Positions 55,901 through 64,000 of a stretch of 64,000 nt of DNA are shown here, piece by piece. The notes beneath the pieces were generated by a model. The model did no database searches. It was not told where the DNA came from and saw only the letters and a list, made by a program, of their open reading frames with translations. The stretch lies in the NCBI RefSeq assembly GCF_963921235.1, contig NW_026948111.1, positions 1-64,000 on the forward strand, given 5' to 3'. The stretch comes from Mobula hypostoma. Lineage: Eukaryota. Position 1 is the first letter of the stretch; each line of letters starts with the position of its first letter. A program made the translations under genes and the position numbers.

Positions 55901-58700
55901 AGAGAGAGGACACTGCATTTTAATCACTGGTGGGATCACTCCGTTATCAGAGAGAGGACTGCCTTTTGATCACTGGTGGGATTGCTCTATGAGAGAGAGG
56001 ACTGCCTTGTGATCGCTGGTGGGATTGCTCTATGAGAGGACACTGCCTTTTGATCACTGGTGGGATCACTCTGTTATCAGAGCGAGAGAGGACAATGTCT
56101 TTTGATCACTGGTGGAATCGCTCTATGAGAGAGAGGACACTGCCTTGTGATCACTGGTGGGATCGCTCTGTTATCAGAGAGAGAGGACACTGCCTTGTGA
56201 TCACTGGTGGGATCGCTCTGTTATCAGAGAGAGGACACTGCCTTTTGATCACTGGTGGGATTGCTCTATGAGAGAGAGGACACTGCCTTTTGATCACTGG
56301 TGGGATCACTCTGTTATCAGAGAGAGAGGACACTGCCTTTTGATCACTGGTGGGATCGCTCAGTTATCAGAGAGAGAGGACACTGCCTTGTGATCACTGT
56401 TGGTATCGCTCTGTTATCAGAGAGAGGACACTGCCTTTAGATCACTGGTGGGATCGCTACATTATCAAAGAGAGGACACTGCCTTTTGATCACTGGTGGG
56501 ATCGCTCTATGAGAGAGAGGACACTGCCTTTTGATCACTGGTGGGATCGCTCTGTTATCAGAGAGAGGACACTGCCTTTTGATCACTGGTGGGATCACTC
56601 TGTTATCAGAGACAGAGGACACTGCCTTGTGATCACTGGTGTGATCACTCTGTTATCAGAGAGAGAGGACACTCCCTTTTCATCACTGGTGGGATCGCTC
56701 TATGAGAGAGAGGACACTGCCTTTTGATCACTGGTGGGATCACTCTGTTATCAGAGGGAGGACACTGCCTTTTGATCACTGGTGGGATCGCTCTGTTATC
56801 AGAAAGAGAGGACACTGCCTAGTGATCACTGGTGGGATCGCTCTGTTCTCAGAGAGAGGACACTGCCTTTTGATCACTGGTGGGATTGCTCTATGAGAGA
56901 GAGGACACTGCCTTTTGATCACTGGTGGGATTGCTCTATGAGAGAGAGGACACTGCCTTTTGATCACTGATGGGATCGCTCTGTTATCAGAGAGAGAGGA
57001 CACTGCCTTGTGATTACTGGTGGGATCGCTCTGTTATCAGAGAGAGAGGACACTGCCTTTTGATCACTGGTGGGGTCGCTCTATGAGAGAGAGGACACTG
57101 CCTTGTGATCACTGGTGGGATCGCTCTGTTATCAGAGAGGACACTGCCTTTTGATCACTGGTGGGATCGCTCTGTTATCAGCGAGAGGACACTGTCTTTT
57201 GATCACTGGTGCGATTGCTCTATGAGAGAGAGGACACTGCCTTTTCATAACTGGTGGGATCGCTCTGTTATCAGAGAGGACACTGCCTTTTGATCACTGG
57301 TGGGATCGCTCTGTTATCAGAGAGAGAGGACACTGCCTTGTGATCACTGGTGGGATAGCTCTGTTATCAGAGAGAGAGGACACTGCCTTTTGATCACTGG
57401 TGGGGTCGCTCTATGAGAGAGAGGACACTGCCTTTTGATCACTGGTGTGATCGCTCTGTTATCAGAGAGGACACTGCCTTTTGATCACTGGTGGGATCGC
57501 TCTATGAGAGAGAGGACACTGCCTTTTGATCACTGGTGGGATTGCTCTATGAGAGAGAGGACACTGCCTTTTGATCACTGGTGGGATCGCTCTGTTTTCA
57601 GTGAGGACACTGCCTTTTGATCTCTGGTGGGATCGCTCTGTTATCAGAGAGAGAGAGGACAATGTCTTTTGATCACTTGTGGGATCGCCCTATGAGAGAG
57701 AGGACACTGCCTTGTGATCACTGGCGGGATCGCTCTGTTATCAGAGAGAGGATGCTGCCTTTTGATCACTGGTGGGATCACTCTGTTATCAGAGAGAGAG
57801 GACACTGCCTTTAGATCACTGGTGGGGTCGCTCTATGAGAGAGAGGACACTACCTTTTGATCACTGGTGGGATCACTCTGTTATCAGAGAGAGATGACAC
57901 TGCCTTGTGATCACTGGTGGGATCGCTCTGTTATCAGGGAGAGGACACTGCCTTTTGATCACTGGTGGGATCACTCTGTTATCAGAGAGAGGACAGTGCC
58001 TTTTGATCACTGGTGGGATCACTCCGTTATCAGAGAGAGGACACTGTCTTTTGATCATTCGTGGGATTTCTCTATGAGAGAGAGGACACTGCCTTTTGAT
58101 CACTGGTGGGATCGCTCTGTTATCAGAGAGAGAGGACACTGCCTTGTGATCACTGGTGGGATCGCTCTGTTATCACAGAGAGGACACTGCCTTTTGATCA
58201 CTGGTGGGATCGCTACATTATCAAAGAGAGGACACTGCCTTTTGATCATGGGTGGGATCGCTCTATGAGAGAGAGGACACTGCCTTTTGATCACTGGTGG
58301 GATCGCTCTGTTATCAGAGAGAGGACACTGCCTTTTGATCACTGGTGGGATCACTCTGTTATCAGAGACAGAGGACACTGCCTTGTGATCACTGGTTGGA
58401 TCGCTCTGTTATCAGAGAGGACACTGCCTTTTGATCACTGGTGGGATTGCTCTGTTATCCGACAGAGGACACTGCCTTGTGATCACTGGTTGGATCGCTC
58501 TGTTATCAGAGAGAGGACACTGCCTTTTGATCACTGGTGGAATCACTCTGTTATCAGAGACAGAGGACACTGCCTTGTGATCACTGGTGTGATCACTCTG
58601 TTATCAGAGAGAGAGGACACTCCCTTTTCATCACTGGTGGGATCGCTCTATGAGAGAGAGGACACTGCCTTTTGATCACTGGTGGGATCACTCTGTTATC
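43940..58700. repeat. Further irregularly spaced copies of the ~2.5-3.5-kb module first seen at ~25.5-28.3 kb
   Basis: The module-start ORF (MRG[H/N]CLL...) is at 25496, 38585, 43951, 49615 (partial module), 52355 and 56032. The internal ORF MGSLCYQREMTLP...DHSWDF is at 27371, 40466, 45823, 54277 and 57867. Confidence 0.8.
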
Positions 58701-59149
58701 AGAGGGAGAGGACACTGCCTTTTGATCACTGGTGGGATCGCTCTGTTATCAGAGAGAGGACACTGCCTTTTGATCACTGGTGGGATCGCTCTGTTATCAG
58801 AGAGAGGACACTGCCTTGTGATCACTGGTGGGATCGCTCTGTTATCAGAGAGAGGACACTGCCTTTTGATCACTGGTGGGATCACTCAGTTATCAGAGCG
58901 AGCACACTGCCTTTTGATCAGTGGTGGGATTGCTCTATGAGAGAGAGGACTGCCTTGTGATCGCTGGTGGGATTGCTCTGTGAGAGAAAGGACACTGCCT
59001 TGTGATCACTGGTGGGATCGCTCTGTTATCAGAGAGAGGACACTGCCTTGTGATCACTGGTGGGATCGCTCTGTTATCAGAGAGAGGACACTGCCTTTTG
59101 ATCACTGGTGGGATCACTCTGTTCTCAGAGAGCGGACACTGCCTTTTGA

Positions 59150-62100
59150 TCACTGGTGGGATCGCTCTGTTATCAGAGAGAGAGGACACTGCCTTGTGAT
59201 CACTGGTGGGATCGCTCTGTTATCAGAGAGAGAGGACACTGCCTTTTGATCACTGGTAGGGTCGCTCTATGAGAGAGAGGACACTGCCTTGTGATCTCTG
59301 GTGGGATCGCTCTGATATCAGAGAGGACACTGCCTTTTGATCACTGGTGGGATCGCTCTATGAGAGAGAGGATACTGCCTTTTGATCACTGGTGGGATTG
59401 CTCTATGAGAGAGAGGACACTGCCTTTTGATCACTGGTGGGATCGCTCTGTTTTCAGAGAGGACACTGCCTTTTGATCTCTGGTGGGATCGCTCTGTTAT
59501 CAGAGAGAGAGGACACTGCCTTGTGATCACTGGTGGGATCGCTCTGTTATCAGAGAGAGGACACTGCCTTTTGATCACTGGTGCGATTGCTCTATGAGAG
59601 AGAGGACACTGTCTTTTCATGACTGGTGGGATCGCTCTGTTATCAGAGAGGACACTGCCTTTTGATCACTGGTGGGATCGCTCTGTTATCAGAGAGAGAG
59701 GACACTGCCTTGTGATCACTGGTGGGATCGCTCTGTTATCAGAGAGAGAGGACACTGCCTTTTGATCACTGGTAGGGTCGCTCTATGAGAGAGAGGACAC
59801 TGCCTTGTGATCTCTGGTGGGATCGCTCTGATATCAGAGAGGACACTGCCTTTTGATCACTGGTGGGATCGCTCTATGAGAGAGAAGATACTGCCTTTTG
59901 ATCACTGGTGGGATTGCTCTATGAGAGAGAGGACACTGCCTTTTGATCACTGGTGGGATCGCTCTGTTTTCAGAGAGGACACTGCCTTTTGATCTCTGGT
60001 GGGATCGCTCTGTTATCAGAGAGAGAGGACACTGCCTTGTGATCACTGGTGGGATCGCTCTGTTATCAGAGAGAGGATGCTGCCTTTTGATCACTGGTGG
60101 GATCACTCTGTTATCAGAGAGAGACGACACTGTCTTTAGATCACTGGTGGCGTCGCTCTATGAGAGAGAGGACACTGCCTTGTGATCACTGGTGGGATCG
60201 CTCTGTTATCAGAGAGGACACTGCCTTTTGATCATTGGTGGGATCGCTCTGTTATCAGAGAGAGGACACTGCCTTTTGATCACTGGTGGGATCACTCTGT
60301 TCTCAGAGAGAGGAAACTGCCTTTTGATCACTGGTGGGATTGCTCCATGAGAGAGAGGACACTGCCTTTTGATCACTGGTGGGATCACTCTGTTATCAGA
60401 GAGAGAGGACACTGCCTTTTGATCACTGGTGGGGTCGATCTATGAGAGAGAGGACACTGCCTTTTGATCACTGATGGGATCGCTCTGTTATCAGAGAGAG
60501 AGGACACTGCCTTGTGATTACTGGTGGGATCGCTCTGTTATCAGAGAGAGAGGACACTGCCTTGTGATCACTGGTGGGATCGCTCTGTTATCAGAGAGGA
60601 CACTGCCTTTTGATCACTGGTGGGATTGCTCTATGAGAGAGAGGACACTGCCTTTTGATCACTGGTGGGATCGCTCCGTTATCAGAGAGAGGACACTGCC
60701 TTTTGATCACTGGTGGGATTGCTCTGTTCTCAGAGAGAGGACACTGCCTTTTGATCACTGGTGGGATTGCTCTATGAGAGAGAGGACACTGCCTTTTGAT
60801 CACTGGTGGGATCGCTCTGTTTTCAGAGACGACACTGCCTTTTGATCTCTGGTGGGATCGCTCTGTTATCAGAGAGAGAGGACACTGCCTTGTGATCACT
60901 GGTGGGATCGCTCTGTTATCAGAGAGAGAGGACACTGCCTTGTGATCACTGGTGGGATCGCTCTGTTATCAGAGAGAGAGGACACTGCCTTTTGATCACT
61001 GGTAGGGTCGCTCTATGAGAGAGAGGACACTGCATTTTAATCACTGGTGGGATCACTCCGTTATCAGAGAGAGGACTGCCTTTTGATCACTGGTGGGATT
61101 GCTCTATGAGAGAGAGGACTGCCTTGTGATCGCTGGTGGGATTGCTCTATGAGAGGACACTGCCTTTTGATCACTGGTGGGATCACTCTGTTATCAGAGC
61201 GAGAGAGGACAATGTCTTTTGATCACTGGTGGAATCGCTCTATGAGAGAGAGGACACTGCCTTGTGATCACTGGTGGGATCGCTCTGTTATCAGAGAGAG
61301 GACACTGCCTTGTGATCACTGGTGGGATCGCTCTGTTATCGGAGAGAGGACACTGCCTTTTGATCACTGGTGGGATTGCTCTATGAGAGAGAGGACACTG
61401 CCTTTTGATCACTGGTGGGATCACTCTGTTATCAGAGAGAGAGGACACTGCCTTTTGATCACTGGTGGGATCGCTCTGTTATCAGAGAGAGAGGACACTG
61501 CCTTGTGATCACTGGTGGGATCGCTCTGTTATCAGAGAGAGGACACTGCCTTTAGATCACTGGTGGGATCGCTACATTATCAAAGAGAGGACACTGCCTT
61601 TTGATCACTGGTGGGATTGCTCTGTTATCCGACAGAGGACACTGCCTTGTGATCACTGGTTGGATCGCTCTGTTATCAGAGAGGACTGCCTTTTGATCAT
61701 TGGTGGGATCACTCTGTTATCAGAGAGAGGACACTGCCTTTTGATCACTGGTGCGATTGCTCTATGAGAGAGAGGACACTGTCTTTTCATGACTGGTGGG
61801 ATCGCTCTGTTATCAGAGAGGACACTGCCTTTTGATCACTGGTGGGATCGCTCTGTTATCAGAGAGAGAGGACACTGCCTTGTGATCACTGGTGGGATCG
61901 CTCTGTTATCAGAGAGAGAGGACACTGCCTTTTGATCACTGGTAGGGTCGCTCTATGAGAGAGAGGACACTGCCTTGTGATCTCTGGTGGGATCGCTCTG
62001 ATATCAGAGAGGACACTGCCTTTTGATCACTGGTGGGATCGCTCTATGAGAGAGAGGATACTGCCTTTTGATCACTGGTGGGATTGCTCTATGAGAGAGA

Positions 62101-63130
62101 GGACACTGCCTTTTGATCACTGGTGGGATCGCTCTGTTTTCAGAGAGGACACTGCCTTTTGATCTCTGGTGGGATCGCTCTGTTATCAGAGAGAGAGGAC
62201 ACTGCCTTGTGATCACTGGTGGGATCGCTCTGTTATCAGAGAGAGGACACTGCCTTTTGATCACTGGTGCGATTGCTCTATGAGAGAGAGGACACTGTCT
62301 TTTCATGACTGGTGGGATCGCTCTGTTATCAGAGAGGACACTGCCTTTTGATCACTGGTGGGATCGCTCTGTTATCAGAGAGAGAGGACACTGCCTTGTG
62401 ATCACTGGTGGGATCGCTCTGTTATCAGAGAGAGAGGACACTGCCTTTTGATCACTGGTAGGGTCGCTCTATGAGAGAGAGGACACTGCCTTGTGATCTC
62501 TGGTGGGATCGCTCTGTTATCAGAGAGGACACTGCCTTTTGATCACTGGTGGGATCGCTCTATGAGAGAGAAGATACTGCCTTTTGATCACTGGTGGGAT
62601 TGCTCTATGAGAGAGAGGACACTGCCTTTTGATCACTGGTGGGATCGCTCTGTTATCAGAGAGGACACTGCCTTTTGATCACTGGTGGGATCGCTCTGTT
62701 ATCAGAGAGAGAGGACACTGCCTTTTGATCACTGGTGGGATCGCTCTGTTATCAGAGAGAGGATGCTGCCTTTTGATCACTGGTGGGATCACTCTGTTAT
62801 CAGAGAGAGAGGACACTGCCTTTTGATCACTGGTGGGGTCGATCTATGAGAGAGAGGACACTGCCTTGTGATCACTGGTGGGATCGCTCTGTTATCAGAG
62901 AGGACACTGCCTTTTGATCACTGGTGGGATCGCTCTGTTATCAGAGAGAGGACACTGCCTTTTGATCACTGGTGGGATCACTCTGTTCTCAGAGAGAGGA
63001 CACTGCCTTTTGATCACTGGTGGGATTGCTCCATGAGAGAGAGGACACTGCCTTTTGATCACTGGTGGGATCACTCTGTTATCAGAGAGAGAGGACACTG
63101 CCTTTTGATCACTGGTGGGATTGATCTATG
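59150..63130. repeat. 516-bp tandem duplication nested in a 2,686-bp-offset duplication
   Basis: ORFs 59291/59807 and 61977/62493 are offset by 516. ORFs 59291/61977, 59483/62169, 59807/62493 and 60182/62868 are offset by 2,686. Confidence 0.85.
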
Positions 63131-64000
63131 AGAGAGAGGACACTGCCTTTTGATCACTGGTGGGATCGCTCTGTTATCAGAGAGAGGACACTGCCTTTTG
63201 ATCACTGGTGGGATAGCTCTGTTATCAGAGAGAGAGGACACTGCCTTGTGATCACTGGTGGGATCGCTCTGTTATCAGAGAGGACACTGCCTTTTGATCA
63301 CTGGTGGGATCACTCTGTTATCAGAGAGAGGACACTGCCTTTTGATCACTGGTGGGATCGCTCCGTTATCAGAGAGAGGACACTGCCTTTTGATCACTGG
63401 TGGGATCGCTCTGTTATCAGAGAGAGGACACTGCCTTTTGATCACTGGTGGGATTGCCCTATGAGAGAGAGGACATTCCCTTTTGACACTGGTGGGATCG
63501 CTCTGTTTTCAGAGAGGACACTGCCTTTTGATCACTGGTGGGATCGCTCTGTTATCAGAGAGAGAGGACACTGCCTTGTGATCACTGGTGGGATCGCTCT
63601 GTTATGAGAGAGAGGACACTGCCTTTTGATCACTGGTGGGATCGCTCTGTTATCAGAGAGAGGACACTGCCTTTTGATCACTGGTGGGATCGCTCTGTTA
63701 TCAGAGAGAGGACACTGCCTTTTGATCACTGGTGGGATCACTCAGTTATCAGAGCGAGCACACTGCCTTTTGATCACTGGTGGGATTGCTCTATGAGAGA
63801 GAGGACTGCCTTGTGATCGCTGGTGGGATTGCTCTGTGAGAGAGAGGACACTGCCTTTTGATCACTGGTGGGATCGCTCTGTTATCAGAGAGAGGACACT
63901 GCCTTTTGATCACTGGTGGGATCGCTCTATGAGAGAGAGGACACTGCCTTGTGATCACTGGTGGGATCGCTCTGTTATCAGAGAGAGGACACTGCCTTGT

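Larger units (their letters stand above)
1..64000. repeat. Tandem satellite array, ~45/48-bp monomer (range ~43-52 bp), single orientation, runs off both window ends
   Basis: Every line consists of GAGAGAGGACACTGCCTT[T/G]TGATCACTGGTGGGAT[CG/CA/TG]CTCT followed by GTTATCA or AT. No non-repeat stretch or reverse-complement monomer was seen. All ORFs are permutations of the same 15/16-aa peptides (RERTLPFDHWWDRSM/VI, GHCLLITGGIALLSER, RQCPLSDNRAIPPVIK). Confidence 0.99.

Noticed and set aside
63470..63495. Odd monomer ggacattcccttttgacactgg, and similar 1-bp indels at ~11603 and ~48292
   Set aside because: These are isolated singletons that cannot be distinguished from sequencing or consensus error without reads.
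393..63816. Hundreds of 60-204-aa ORFs on both strands, including a Trp/His/Cys-rich repeat peptide (RERTLPFDHWWDRSM/VI)
   Set aside because: They are translations of the satellite. The 45- and 48-bp units happen to be stop-free in one frame per strand, but frequent 43/46/50/52-bp units frameshift them every few monomers. There is no unique N- or C-terminus, no sign of frame preservation and no recognisable domain.
1..64000. CRISPR array (conserved ~30-bp core alternating with a variable part)
   Set aside because: The variable part is only two related tails plus GA slippage, not unique spacers. There is no leader and there are no cas genes.
1..64000. C2H2 zinc-finger (PRDM9-like) coding minisatellite
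   Set aside because: The unit is 45/48 bp, not 84 bp, and no frame shows C-x2-C...H-x3-H spacing or a TGEKP linker.
1..64000. Telomeric repeat or G-quadruplex array
   Set aside because: There is no TTAGGG-type short unit. Each monomer has only one GGG run plus GG doublets, which is not a canonical four-G-tract motif.
1..64000. Embedded transposon, inversion or array boundary
   Set aside because: I read through for non-repeat sequence, reverse-orientation monomers, TSDs and poly-A and saw none. An insertion of only a few bases could have been missed by eye.

Overview
The whole 64,000-bp window is one uninterrupted, head-to-tail tandem repeat (satellite/macro-minisatellite) array. I found no unique sequence, inversion, gene, RNA gene, transposon or CRISPR array. 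The monomer is ~45-48 bp and ~50% GC, with a long form GAGAGAGGACACTGCCTT[T/G]TGATCACTGGTGGGAT[CG/CA]CTCTGTTATCA (48 bp) and a short form ending ...GGGAT[CG/TG]CTCTATGA (45 bp). GA slippage and a 2-bp AC deletion give 43/46/50/52-bp units. That is roughly 1,350 monomers (64,000/~47, an estimate). Every ORF in the supplied track is a translation of this repeat and I do not consider any a real gene. The informative content is the variant pattern: (i) nested higher-order duplications with offsets of 430, 516, 715, ~1,240, 1,425, 1,728, 2,305, 2,686 and ~13,050-13,870 bp; (ii) spatial layering of diagnostic variants; (iii) a CG/CA/TG trimorphism at the single consensus CpG; (iv) an internal ~12-bp sub-periodicity; (v) several variants that perfect or restore short palindromes; (vi) blocks that keep the higher-order pattern but have lost their rare alleles (possible assembly artefact or gene conversion). 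The architecture is typical of eukaryotic satellite DNA, but I cannot name the organism, the repeat family or the chromosomal context, and I found no support for a novel protein- or RNA-coding system. All counts and offsets were read by eye or from the ORF-track coordinates, and block boundaries are approximate.
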